37,307 bases of DNA from Candidatus Sumerlaeia bacterium (GTDB lineage: Bacteria > Sumerlaeota > Sumerlaeia > SLMS01), in NCBI GenBank assembly GCA_038208905.1, contig JBBQYG010000019.1, positions 1 through 37,307 on the forward strand. The letters are read 5' to 3'. The notes under the pieces are model-generated. The model saw nothing but the letters and a program-made list of their open reading frames with translations. It had not been told where the DNA came from and made no database searches. Shown piece after piece: positions 27,612 to 37,165 of the stretch. Both the position numbers and the translations under genes were made by a program. Positions within the stretch are counted from its first letter, which is position 1; each line of letters opens with the position of its first letter.

Positions 27612-29588
27612 ATGAAAACACGGCGCGCCGCGCGGCGGCATCTATTCCGGATTATCGCAGTCCTCCTTTTCGCCTGCGCCACGGTCGCTGGCGCCCAGAC
27701 CCCTCCATCACAGGAACCTGCCTTGAACCTGCTCCCGCTTCCCAAGTCCATCCAGCGCTCGCCGGGGCGCTTTGTCCTTCAGGATGGCACTCGCATCTAC
27801 CTGCCCACGGGAATCGAGCAGCCCGAACTCCTCGCCGCGCTCCGCCTCCGCGATGCCTGGTGGGACGTCGCCACGCGCGCGGCGCACCTTGACCGCCTCG
27901 CCGTCGGCGAGGCACAGCCCGCCGCCGGCGTCTTTCTCGGCGTCCGCAACGCGGCGGAGATCGATCCGGTCAAGCGCGACAGCTACTCCCTCATCATCAC
28001 GCCGGAGCGAATCGAGCTTCTGGGCGGCGGCAATGCGGGGCTCTTCAACGGGCTCCAGACACTGCGTCAACTGGCCGACCAGTTCGGCGCGGAACTCCCC
28101 TGCCTCCAGATCGACGACACGCCGGACTTCGGATTCCGCGGCTTCTATTTCGACGTGTCGCGCGGCAAGGTGCCGACGCTGGAGACCCTCCAGTGGCTGA
28201 TCGATCTTCTCGCCGATCATAAGATCAACCAGTTCCAGCTCTACGTGGAGCACCCCTACAATTTCCGCTTCGCGCCGGGCATCGCCCAGGGGCTCGATGC
28301 GCTGACGGCGGAGGAGCTGATCCTCCTCGGCGCCTATTGCAAGGATCGCCGAATCGACTTCGTGCCGTCGCTCCAGTCCTTCGGCCACATGGCCGGCGTG
28401 CTGAGCCTCCCCGAGTACCGCCACCTCGCCGAAATCGAGGTCGGCCCGTGGGAGGAGCTAAGCTGGAACGATCGCATGAAGGGCGCCACCATCGACATGA
28501 TGAACCCCGAGGCGCTGGAGTTGTTGACGAAGATGCACGCGGAGTTCCTGCCGCTCTTCGACTCGCCCTACGTCAACGTCTGCGCCGACGAAACCTATGC
28601 CCTGGGCAACGGCAAGAACAAGGAACTGGCCGGGAAGGAAGGGAAAGGCACCCTCTACCTGCGCCACATCAACTGGCTCAATAACCTGGTAAAGTCCCAC
28701 GGCCGCCGCATGATGTTCTGGGGAGACGTGGTCAAGCAGCACCCCGAAAGCATTCCCGAAATCCCCAAGGATGCGATCCTGCTCAACTGGGGCTATCACC
28801 GCACCACCGACTTCGAAAGCACCGCCAAGTTCGCCGAAGCGGGCCTCGAGTTCTATGTATGCCCGGGAACCAGCGGCTGGAATCGCATCCTCAACGACGT
28901 CGCCAATGCCGACCTGAACATCCGCCGCTATGCCGCCACCGGAAAGAAGTACGGCGCCACGGGGCTGCTGAATACCGACTGGGGCGACCACGGCCACTAC
29001 AACTTGCTGGCGGGATCGCTGCACGGCATCGTGCTGGGCGCGGCGATGGCGTGGAACGTGGACGGGCCGGACGAGATGGAATTCGACCGGGCTTGGAACG
29101 ACATGACCTTTGGCGTGAACGACGGCAAGGGGGTGGCCGCGCTCCGCGAGCAGTCCATCGCCACTCAGGACATCCCCACCTGGAAAGCGCTGTATTGCGG
29201 CTTCCGCGATGAGGAACACATGAAAAACATGACAGAGGAGATGGCCCTGAACCTGATGGGCGCCGCAGCGGATGCGCAGATGACCTTCGAGGGCTACCTG
29301 ACCACCGGCGCCGGCGCCCCTTGGATCGCCGAGGAACTCCACCACATGGCCCGCGCCAACGCCCTTCTGGCGGAGAAGTTCCTCTTGGTCAAGGAACTCA
29401 AGGACGGCCCCAAGCCGGGCTTGGCCAAGCGCCTGCGCCGGTTTGCCGACAACGCGGACAAACTCTATGCCGACTACGAGCCGCTATGGATGGCGCGGAA
29501 CAAGCGCACCGACTTGGCACGCGTCGAGGAAAAATTCCGCCTGATCGCCACCGAGGCCCGCGCCGAAGCCGAGTCGCTGGCGGAGTAA
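27612..29588 (+). CDS. secreted GH20 beta-N-acetylhexosaminidase
   Basis: Signal peptide; LLPLPK, DTPDFGFRGFYFDVSRGKVP, QSFGH, catalytic ADET pair, LLNTDWGDHGH. Confidence 0.9.
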   Translation: MKTRRAARRHLFRIIAVLLFACATVAGAQTPPSQEPALNLLPLPKSIQRSPGRFVLQDGTRIYLPTGIEQPELLAALRLRDAWWDVATRAAHLDRLAVGEAQPAAGVFLGVRNAAEIDPVKRDSYSLIITPERIELLGGGNAGLFNGLQTLRQLADQFGAELPCLQIDDTPDFGFRGFYFDVSRGKVPTLETLQWLIDLLADHKINQFQLYVEHPYNFRFAPGIAQGLDALTAEELILLGAYCKDRRIDFVPSLQSFGHMAGVLSLPEYRHLAEIEVGPWEELSWNDRMKGATIDMMNPEALELLTKMHAEFLPLFDSPYVNVCADETYALGNGKNKELAGKEGKGTLYLRHINWLNNLVKSHGRRMMFWGDVVKQHPESIPEIPKDAILLNWGYHRTTDFESTAKFAEAGLEFYVCPGTSGWNRILNDVANADLNIRRYAATGKKYGATGLLNTDWGDHGHYNLLAGSLHGIVLGAAMAWNVDGPDEMEFDRAWNDMTFGVNDGKGVAALREQSIATQDIPTWKALYCGFRDEEHMKNMTEEMALNLMGAAADAQMTFEGYLTTGAGAPWIAEELHHMARANALLAEKFLLVKELKDGPKPGLAKRLRRFADNADKLYADYEPLWMARNKRTDLARVEEKFRLIATEARAEAESLAE

Positions 29589-29780
29589 CCCGCGTTTGGG
29601 GGGGCAAAAACCGAATGCCGGGGAGTTAGTAGGTAGATTCATACCCACAGCGGCGCCAAATCACGTTGCAGAAACGCAACATCGCAAGAAACCGGCGGGG
29701 TGCCAAAAGCCACCTTGTTCCCCCGCGCAAACAAAGACACCCACAACGCTTCTTCACAGCATTAACGCCTTAAATAGCGC

Positions 29781-29809
29781 AATCCCGGAGGTGATTGGCC
29801 TCCGGGATT
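29781..29809. other. perfect intergenic hairpin, possibly a terminator
   Basis: AATCCCGGAGG-TGATTGG-CCTCCGGGATT, an 11-bp stem with no U-tract. Confidence 0.5.
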
Positions 29810-29948
29810 AGACTTGCCCTGCTCAGGGGTAGCGCCGTTGCTCTGGCTAGGTGACTCGCAACAAGAGAGCCATAGTTTGGGACTAGCACAAAAAATCCTG
29901 AACCCGACCCGTAACATCACCCCAAGCAGGATACGAGGATAGAGGCCG

Positions 29949-30536
29949 ATGACGCAGTTCCCGATGAAGGGAAGGACGGCCCTTGTGCTCGGCGCCGACA
30001 ACGCCGTGGGGCGCGGCGCGGCACTCCAATTTGCTCGCGCTGGTGGCCAGGTCATCGTGGCCGGCCCCGATACTGAAGCCATCAAGCTCCTCCACCGCCT
30101 GATCCTCGATAAAAAGGGGAACCCCGTCGAGGCCGCCCTGCCCGAAACGATCAACGAAGCCGTCGCCCTCCTGCGCGAGAAGCGCGACCTGCTGGGCCAT
30201 GTCCACTACCTGATCAACGCCATGCACGCCGTGGAGGGCGCCGACGACGCCTGGTCTCGAAAGCTCTACGCCGCCGTGCTCGACCTGATCGCTGGCCGTG
30301 GCGCCGTGCGACTGGCAACGATCTGGCCCGATGACGCCGGATCACCGCCTCCATTTCCATCGGGCGCATGGCACACCCTCGTGCGTTTTGCCCGCCTCGC
30401 CCACGAGGACCAGGAGGAAACCAGCGACTCCCTCCGCCCCGGCGCCGTCGCCGAGGCCACCCTCGCCCTCCTCCACTGCCCTCCCGGCGCCTGCCCGCTC
30501 GAAACGCGCCTGGGATTCAGACCGCTGAAGGGTTGA
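29949..30536 (+). CDS. short, atypical SDR-like Rossmann protein
   Basis: GRTALVLGADNAVGRGAALQFARAG and HYLINA; no YxxxK seen. Confidence 0.7.
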   Translation: MTQFPMKGRTALVLGADNAVGRGAALQFARAGGQVIVAGPDTEAIKLLHRLILDKKGNPVEAALPETINEAVALLREKRDLLGHVHYLINAMHAVEGADDAWSRKLYAAVLDLIAGRGAVRLATIWPDDAGSPPPFPSGAWHTLVRFARLAHEDQEETSDSLRPGAVAEATLALLHCPPGACPLETRLGFRPLKG

Positions 30537-30732
30537 GGCAGGAAGCGCCGACTCCGTTCCCTCCTTCTCCCTCTCGTTCCCTGCTTTTCGCTGCCGTTCC
30601 CTGCCATCAAAAGGCTTGCCGTGCAATGCCCCAGACTCTAAACCTGCCTCAAGGCCGACTAAGTGGAGGCCACGCAATGGCCCACGACCGCGCAGGTGGA
30701 GGGTTGGGAATCGCCACCGGGACCAAGGGGAT

Positions 30733-32145
30733 ATGGCACGCTTCGAACTAAAAGACACCGACTACTCGTTCAATGCGAGTCTCGACCCGTTCATGGTGCT
30801 CAAGAAGATGGGCTTCACCGAGCACTCCATGTATCAGGAGGGTGCCATTGTCCGCGTCCACTGCCCCATCCATAAGGACCTCGTCCGCAAGTCCCTGATC
30901 GTGGACACGGCGGAGCGCACGTTCCGCTGCCAGTATGCCAACTGCGACGCCCACGAGGGCGGGCTGATGGTGGAACTCGTCGCGCTGTACTACGACTGCG
31001 AGATTTCCGAAGTTTCCAAGGCCCTTTTTGGCGAGGAAGACAAGTCGGCGGACCTCTTGTTCCGCGGCGAGATGTTCATCAACCAAGGGCGCCATCTGGA
31101 GGCGCTGCCCTACCTTGAGCAGGCCACGGATCTGAACCCGCGGCACGAGATCACGCGATGCAAGCTGGCGGCGCTCTATCTGGAGCTGGGCCGCAAGGAC
31201 GACGCCTATCGCGAGTACCTCTCCGCGGCGGAGAGCTACGCCGTTCGCGGCGAACTCGACAAGACGCTCTCCATCTACAACATCCTCATCATGCTTCAGC
31301 CGGGCGCCGTAAAGGCGCGCAAGGAACTCTCCTTCCTTTTCGCGCGCCTTGGCCGGCCCGACGCCGCCGCGGAGCAGCTCAAGTGGGTGGTGGACTTCTA
31401 TCTGAAGTACAACCAGCACAAGGGCGCCCAGGAAACCTGCGAGCAGATCATCGAGCTGGATCCCACCAACGGCATGGCCTATTTCCTGATGGGGAAACTG
31501 CTCCAGCTTACCGGCAAGCGCGTTCCCGCCGTGCAGAACTACGAGCAATCCGTCCGCCTTCTCCTCGCAGCGGAGGACCTCAACCGAGCCTCCGAGGTGC
31601 TGGCCGAAGCGATCGAACTCGCTCCCACGAATTCCCGCCTGAAGGAACTGAAAGGACAGCTTGACGAGGCATTCGCCAAGCTCCCCCCCGGGGAAGTGAA
31701 CTCCTCTTTCAACGACCCGCTCGCCCTTCGGGAAGACGAGGCCAACTTTATCGAGTGGCTCGCCGACGTGGACACCAAGTTGCAGTCGGGCACCTTCCAG
31801 ACGTCCCTGCGCGACGGCGTCAAGGTCAGCACCGACGGCATTCCCGTCTTCGAGGCTCCCAAGGACTCGGTCGGCGCCGCATCGTCCGATGGCAGCTCGC
31901 GGGACGAGACGTCGGAGATTTCGCCGGAGGACCGCCGCGTGGCGCTGTGCCTGGGCGACATGAAGGAACTCGATTCCGATCAGCTCGAAGCTATGCGCCA
32001 GCAGCTCATCAGCATGTTCACCGACGTCCGCAAGAGCTACGAGGAAGGCCTCCTGTCCGACTGGGAGATGCGCACCATCAAGGACTTCTACAAGTCCTTC
32101 TGCATCGCCGTGGACATGCACCGCCGCAAGAGCAGCGCCGTCTGA
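30733..32145 (+). CDS. CHC2 (DnaG-type) zinc-finger domain fused to TPR repeats
   Basis: HCPIH...SLIV...FRCQYANC..GG zinc-binding pattern, several TPR units, acidic linker, helical C-terminus. RBS AAGGGG, ATG 30733. Confidence 0.8.
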   Translation: MARFELKDTDYSFNASLDPFMVLKKMGFTEHSMYQEGAIVRVHCPIHKDLVRKSLIVDTAERTFRCQYANCDAHEGGLMVELVALYYDCEISEVSKALFGEEDKSADLLFRGEMFINQGRHLEALPYLEQATDLNPRHEITRCKLAALYLELGRKDDAYREYLSAAESYAVRGELDKTLSIYNILIMLQPGAVKARKELSFLFARLGRPDAAAEQLKWVVDFYLKYNQHKGAQETCEQIIELDPTNGMAYFLMGKLLQLTGKRVPAVQNYEQSVRLLLAAEDLNRASEVLAEAIELAPTNSRLKELKGQLDEAFAKLPPGEVNSSFNDPLALREDEANFIEWLADVDTKLQSGTFQTSLRDGVKVSTDGIPVFEAPKDSVGAASSDGSSRDETSEISPEDRRVALCLGDMKELDSDQLEAMRQQLISMFTDVRKSYEEGLLSDWEMRTIKDFYKSFCIAVDMHRRKSSAV

Positions 32146-32231
32146 CAGTTTACCACTGGCTGGGAGCCACCCGCCAGCGGCCCCGCACGAGTCACATTCC
32201 CAACCCACACAACACAGGGGAACGCCTCACC

Positions 32232-34487
32232 ATGCGCAGAATGCTTGGACTCGCCCTCTTTTGCCTAGCCGCCACCGCCGCCGCCGATATCACGCCGGAC
32301 ACGTTTCAGATCGAGGAGCCGTTTCCCGCCCTCACCTTCGCCCATCCCATCCAGATGCTGGAAGCACCGGACGGCTCCAACCGCATCTTCGTGCTTGAGC
32401 GCGCCGGCAGGATCAAGGTGTTCCCCAAGTCGGGCTCCGTGACCCCCGCCGAGGTCGCCCTCTATCTGGATATCAGCGCCCGCGTCGCAACGCAGCGCGA
32501 CTTCGCCCTCAACAGCTTCGCCTTCCACCCCGACTTCGCGGCGAACGGCGAGGTGTATATACACTACAACTGGAACAACGGCCTGGGAGTCGACGACCTC
32601 GACTACGGCTCGGGGCGCATCTCCCGCATCGTCGCGGCAAACCCCGCCGACAATGCGATCAGCAGCGCCGCGATGGACGAGGAGGTGCTCTATCAGCACC
32701 GCAAGCCGAAGGTTCCCGAGCTGACTTTCCCGCTTCAGGATCACAATGGCGGCACCATCGCCTTCGGCCCCGACGGCATGTTGTATATCGCCTTTGGCGA
32801 TGGCGGGTCCACCTCGCCCCAGCTCTATGCGAATACGAACCCCCTCAGCTTCGATCCTCTCGGCAACGCCCAGAACACCGAGAACAATCTGGGCGCCATC
32901 ATCCGCATCGACGTGGATGGCGCGCCCGACCCGGGGCTGAACTATCGCATCCCCACCGACAATCCCTTCTACAGCGGCGGCCCCGCGGGCGCCCTGACGC
33001 GGAAGGAAATATGGGCCTATGGCCTGCGCAATCCCTGGCGCATGGCATTTGACAATGCGACCGGCGACCTGCTGGCTGTGGATGTCGGCGCCAAGTCGGC
33101 GGAGGAGATCAACCTCATCCTCCCGGGGCAGAACTATGGCTGGCGACTGATGGAGGGGAATAGCTGCGTTCCATCTCCGCCAGCGCCGGACCCGTGCGTC
33201 ACGACGGGGCTGACACCGCCGCTCGTCGAGCACATCTGGACGACTGGTCTCTATCGCTCGCTGACCGGCGGGTATTCCTACCATGGGTCTGCCGCGACGC
33301 AGCTCGACGGCCGCTTCATCTACGCCGACTATGTGGACGGCGGCATCTTTGCGATGAAGCGCGACGGCTCGGCGGCCACGACGCTCCGACTGCTCGACAC
33401 CGCCCACCTGATCGCCGGCTTCGGCCAGGACCAGTCCGGCGAGGTGTATATCCTCAGCTACTCCGCCACCGGCCGCATCTGGCGCCTCAAGGCTGACCCC
33501 GCCGTCTATCCCTCCGCCTCCCCCGCGACCGAGAACGCCACGGAAATCGTCGCGCTCAACGGCCAGCTTGTGGCCACAGACGTTGGCGGTGTCACATCCT
33601 ACGAGATCGTGGGCCAGCCCGCATCCGGCACGCTGAACCTCGCCGTCGCCACGGGCGCATATACATATACACCGAACAACCTGGCCGCGAACACGGTGGA
33701 CACCTTCACGTTCCGCGCGCTGGATGCCCAGTCCAACGAGTCCAACCTCGCCACGATCACAATCAACATCGCCGCCGCGAATGACGCACCGGCGATCGCG
33801 GGCACGCTGGCGGCGACGCTGCCGGGCGGCGACACGACCCTGACGATCACAACCACGACGCTTGAGGGAACCGATCCCGACTCGCCCGCCGCGAGCGTCG
33901 TCTTCCGCGTCGGCACCGCGCCGGCCCACGGCACCATCAACGTCTCGGGAACGCCCGCCACTCAGTTCACCCGGGCCGACCTCGCGGCGTCGCTCGTGAC
34001 CTACGCCTTCACTGGAAATTCCAACGTCACTTCCGGCGATGCCTTTGCCCTAACCGTCGAGGACGAGAGCGCCGTCGCCTCGGCGCCGTCCACTGTCAGC
34101 ATCACGATCCTCGACATCAACGACGCTCCGTCGATCACCGGAACGCTGGCGGCGACACTGCCGATCGGCGATACGATTCTTCCGATCGCCGCGGCACTCG
34201 GCGCCACCGATCCCGACTCCCCCGCCGCCAACGTCCTCTTCCGCGTGAGCGCCGCGCCGGCCCACGGCACCGTGAACGTTTCTGGTGTACCCGCAACGCA
34301 GTTCACCCAGGCCGACCTCGCCGCGTCGCGGGTCACCTATGTCTTCACCGGCAACGCCGCGCTGGTGCTCGGCGACACCTTCGGCGTCACCGTCGAGGAC
34401 GAGAGCGCCGTCGCATCCGCGCCCTCTGCATTCACGGTCACCATCGAGCAACCCACGACGCCCGTCGATGACTGGAAAGTCCTGTAA
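32232..34487 (+). CDS. secreted PQQ-dependent sugar dehydrogenase (GSDH) with Ig/cadherin-like repeats and C-terminal VDDWKVL motif
   Basis: Signal peptide; HNGGTIAFGPDGMLYIAFGDGG, IWAYGLRNPWR, EEINLI..GQNYGW, FGQDQSGEVY. One Big_9-like domain and two cadherin/CSPG-like domains. Confidence 0.9.
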   Translation: MRRMLGLALFCLAATAAADITPDTFQIEEPFPALTFAHPIQMLEAPDGSNRIFVLERAGRIKVFPKSGSVTPAEVALYLDISARVATQRDFALNSFAFHPDFAANGEVYIHYNWNNGLGVDDLDYGSGRISRIVAANPADNAISSAAMDEEVLYQHRKPKVPELTFPLQDHNGGTIAFGPDGMLYIAFGDGGSTSPQLYANTNPLSFDPLGNAQNTENNLGAIIRIDVDGAPDPGLNYRIPTDNPFYSGGPAGALTRKEIWAYGLRNPWRMAFDNATGDLLAVDVGAKSAEEINLILPGQNYGWRLMEGNSCVPSPPAPDPCVTTGLTPPLVEHIWTTGLYRSLTGGYSYHGSAATQLDGRFIYADYVDGGIFAMKRDGSAATTLRLLDTAHLIAGFGQDQSGEVYILSYSATGRIWRLKADPAVYPSASPATENATEIVALNGQLVATDVGGVTSYEIVGQPASGTLNLAVATGAYTYTPNNLAANTVDTFTFRALDAQSNESNLATITINIAAANDAPAIAGTLAATLPGGDTTLTITTTTLEGTDPDSPAASVVFRVGTAPAHGTINVSGTPATQFTRADLAASLVTYAFTGNSNVTSGDAFALTVEDESAVASAPSTVSITILDINDAPSITGTLAATLPIGDTILPIAAALGATDPDSPAANVLFRVSAAPAHGTVNVSGVPATQFTQADLAASRVTYVFTGNAALVLGDTFGVTVEDESAVASAPSAFTVTIEQPTTPVDDWKVL
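33780..34445 (+). repeat. intragenic tandem duplication of an approximately 113-aa cadherin-like domain
   Basis: Units start at 33780 and 34119 and share NDAP.I.GTLAATLP, TDPDSPAA, APAHGT.NVSG.PATQFT.ADLAAS, TVEDESAVASAPS. Confidence 0.9.
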
Positions 34488-34516
34488 GCGTCCCCCTCGC
34501 GAGCTTGTATATACGA

Positions 34517-34548
34517 GAAGCCCCCGGGAAATCTTCCGGGGGCCTTTC
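34517..34548. terminator. probable bidirectional terminator between convergent genes
   Basis: GCCCCCGGGA-AATC-TTCCGGGGGC stem flanked by GAA and CTTTCGTTT. Confidence 0.7.
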
Positions 34549-34587
34549 GTTTCCAAACTCGCGCCCAAGATGCACGCGCCACGCGCG

Positions 34588-36006
34588 CTACCCCCGCATC
34601 GCGTCCTTGCCCGGCTGCCACGGGCCGGTGATTGCGAGCGTGAGGCCATCGCCCTGAATGTTCACGAACAGCGTGCTGCCGTCGGGCGAAAAGCACGGGC
34701 CCGCCATTTCGGAATCGCTGATGGCGTTGCGGCCAAGCCGATAGACTTTTCCCGCGGGCGTGATGCCGAGCAGGAACTGGTCGGGCCCCGCGCCGTCCTC
34801 CACCACCAGAACGTCTCCCCACGGAGCAATCGTCAGGTTGTCCGCGTTGTCCACGATCTTGCCGTCGTTGGGCTCCACGAAGAGCTCGAGCTTGCCCGGA
34901 TTCGACGACTCGCCGGAGAGCCCCTCGTCGCTACTGGGAATGTAGCGCCAGACTTGGCCCTTTTTCCGCGCGCCGCCGTTGGTGCAGGCAAAGTACACCG
35001 CGTCGCGGCCATACCACATGCCCTCTCCGCGCGCGAATCGCGCCGCGCCCGCCGCGAAGCCGCGCAGCCGCAGGTCGTCCTCGGGCGCCTCCACGTTGTC
35101 CATTTCGATCCACTCCACCTCCATCGCCTCGCCCACCGCGACGGTGGCCGACTCCCAGTTGCGCGTGTCCAGGCTCTTCTGTCCCTTCACCGCCAGCGCC
35201 TGCAACCGCCCGCCCTTGGCCAGCGCGCCGGGCTGGTCGGGAAGGAAACGGTAGATCAATCCATCGCCGACGTCCTCCGTTTGATAGACGATGCCGGAGT
35301 GCGGATCGACCGCCACGGCCTCGTGGTTGAAGCGGCCCATCGCCTTGAGCGGCACCGGCGCCGCGAGGCCCCGGCCAAGCCACGCGGGGACCTCGAAATT
35401 GTAGCCGTGGGCCTTCTGGATCTTCATCCCCCCGACGTCGTCGCCCTCGTCCAGCACGATCTCCTCGCAGGTGATCCACGAATTCCACGGGGTCGGCCCG
35501 CCCGCGCAATTGCGCAGCGTGCCCGCGAGCGACAGGCGGTGTTCCAGCACCTTTCCCGAGCGCGTGTCATACACGATGCTGGTGGTGCCGCCGCCGGCGG
35601 GCCTGCCGCCACCCATGTCATAGATCGATTCGGAAGCCAGCTTGCCAAGCAGGCTGAAGTCCTTGCCAAATGGCCCATCCGCCGAGTGCTCCGGATTGAG
35701 CTCGTGATTGCACACCACCACCGTCGTCCCGTTGCGCCCGGGGAACGCCGCCATGCCATCGGGCCGCGATGGAACGATGAATCCGTCGCTCATCGTGGCG
35801 CCTTGCCGCGCGATGATCGCATAGGCGAATCCCGCGGGCAGATCGAGCACGCCCTTGGGATCGGGGATCAGCGGGCCATGCCCCAACCCGCCGGTGGCGA
35901 TCATCGCCGACACGGCGGTTGGGTCGGCCGAGGCGAGCCGAAGCCCCCCGAATCCAACAGTCACAAGCCCGGCAGTCTGCAAGAAACCACGACGCGATTG
36001 ATTCAT
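34588..36006 (-). CDS. phoX: Tat-exported PhoX-family (DUF839) alkaline phosphatase
   Basis: Tat signal SRRGFLQ; PDGMAAF, CNHE, NCAGGPTPWNSWITCEE, GRFNHEA, RGEG, DNL, VEDG, SEMAGPCFSPDG. Confidence 0.9.
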   Translation of the reverse strand: MNQSRRGFLQTAGLVTVGFGGLRLASADPTAVSAMIATGGLGHGPLIPDPKGVLDLPAGFAYAIIARQGATMSDGFIVPSRPDGMAAFPGRNGTTVVVCNHELNPEHSADGPFGKDFSLLGKLASESIYDMGGGRPAGGGTTSIVYDTRSGKVLEHRLSLAGTLRNCAGGPTPWNSWITCEEIVLDEGDDVGGMKIQKAHGYNFEVPAWLGRGLAAPVPLKAMGRFNHEAVAVDPHSGIVYQTEDVGDGLIYRFLPDQPGALAKGGRLQALAVKGQKSLDTRNWESATVAVGEAMEVEWIEMDNVEAPEDDLRLRGFAAGAARFARGEGMWYGRDAVYFACTNGGARKKGQVWRYIPSSDEGLSGESSNPGKLELFVEPNDGKIVDNADNLTIAPWGDVLVVEDGAGPDQFLLGITPAGKVYRLGRNAISDSEMAGPCFSPDGSTLFVNIQGDGLTLAITGPWQPGKDAMRG

Positions 36007-36207
36007 CTTTTGGGAACCTCTCTGAATTGGGAAGCCATGAAAACGCAGCGGCACACCCCCCGTCAATCCCGCGCGCCCGTCGCCACGAACTTGTCAACGC
36101 GGCGGGCTGCTATCCGGACTCGCTCCCCCGCCAGAGCGGAGCACGCTCGCGAGCAAAAACAACACGGGCGCCCGCGAGGAATCGACATGCTGCGAGGCCG
36201 GGCGACA

Positions 36208-36852
36208 TCATGCCGCCGTGGCAACCATTCCCCCGCCGGGCGGCGCCGCACTGCGCCGCCCAAACAGCGAGCGGAACACCTTGCGCGTTACGTTGAAGCA
36301 GCCCTTCAGGAAGAAGAAGGCGCCCACCAGCATCAGCAACAGAAGGAAAATCGCCAGCACCGGACTGAAAGCCACGATGCCCATGAAGCCAACGACAACC
36401 ACGTCCTCCAGGAAGCTGACAACGGGGCTCACCACCGGACTCGTCCCCGTGCTGTGGGCGAGGATGCGCGTGGTTGCCTTGACCGAGTGGGAACCCAGCG
36501 CCAGCGATCCGCCGATCAGGCCCGCGAACATCTGAAGCTCCAGCGGCACATCCCCCAGCGCACCCGCCGCCAGCAACGCGCCCGCGGGAATCCGGATAAA
36601 CGTGTGGATCGCGTCCCACGCGGTATCCACGGCGGGAATCTTGTCGGCAAAGAACTCGATCGTGTACATCGCCAGCGCGGGCCAGATGACCCAGTGGCTG
36701 CCGAGGACCGACAAGTCCCCGGGAAGAGTGAACCCATCCGCATACCGGTGCATCAGCCCCAGCACCGCCACCGTTGCGTACAGGTTGATACCCGCCGTCC
36801 AGCTCGCCCCCATCGCGACCGCAATCGTCGAGATGACCATCATCGCGTCCAT
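36208..36852 (-). CDS. DUF4126 family membrane protein
   Basis: GINLYATV, EFFADKIPAVDTAWDAIHTFIRIPAGALLA, SFLED. RBS AAGGAG. Confidence 0.88.
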   Translation of the reverse strand: MDAMMVISTIAVAMGASWTAGINLYATVAVLGLMHRYADGFTLPGDLSVLGSHWVIWPALAMYTIEFFADKIPAVDTAWDAIHTFIRIPAGALLAAGALGDVPLELQMFAGLIGGSLALGSHSVKATTRILAHSTGTSPVVSPVVSFLEDVVVVGFMGIVAFSPVLAIFLLLLMLVGAFFFLKGCFNVTRKVFRSLFGRRSAAPPGGGMVATAA

Positions 36853-37000
36853 GTTTCGTGTCTCCTTTGGTGACCCGCTCTGGAATGACTTACGATGGAG
36901 GGAGGAGGTTTATTCAACGGCGGGGAAAAGCGGGGAAAGCCGGAAACGGCGGGAAAGGCGGAACGTAGAGTGACTCTCGAAAGTCCTGTCGTATTCCAAC

Positions 37001-37062
37001 GTAGCTTGGGCGTCTCGCCCGAGCCCCGTCGCCCCAACACGCGGGCAAGATGCCCACGATAC
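37001..37062. repeat. GTAG-type REP doublet (REPIN) copy 3, intergenic
   Basis: GTAGCTTGGGCGTCTCGCCCGAG ... CGCGGGCAAGATGCCCACGATAC. Loop CCCCGYCGCCCCA and right flank ACTCTTT are shared with copy 1. Confidence 0.85.
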
Positions 37063-37165
37063 TCTTTTACGGCGTCCTCCATCGCGACAAGACTTTCGAA
37101 CCGCTCTCACGCAAAGCGACTTCTGTAAACTCCTCAGCCCTACGGTAGTGTAACCCAACCCCTGC

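Noticed and set aside
30733-32145. DNA primase (dnaG) call
   Set aside because: Only the zinc-binding domain resembles DnaG; there is no TOPRIM or catalytic core.
34285-36873. 862-aa plus-strand ORF
   Set aside because: Antisense shadow of phoX and DUF4126 in high-GC DNA, with no recognisable motifs.
36895-37128. 77-aa ORF spanning REPIN copy 3 in the same phase as the genic copies
   Set aside because: Mostly repeat-derived sequence, with no signal peptide or downstream domain. Treated as non-coding.
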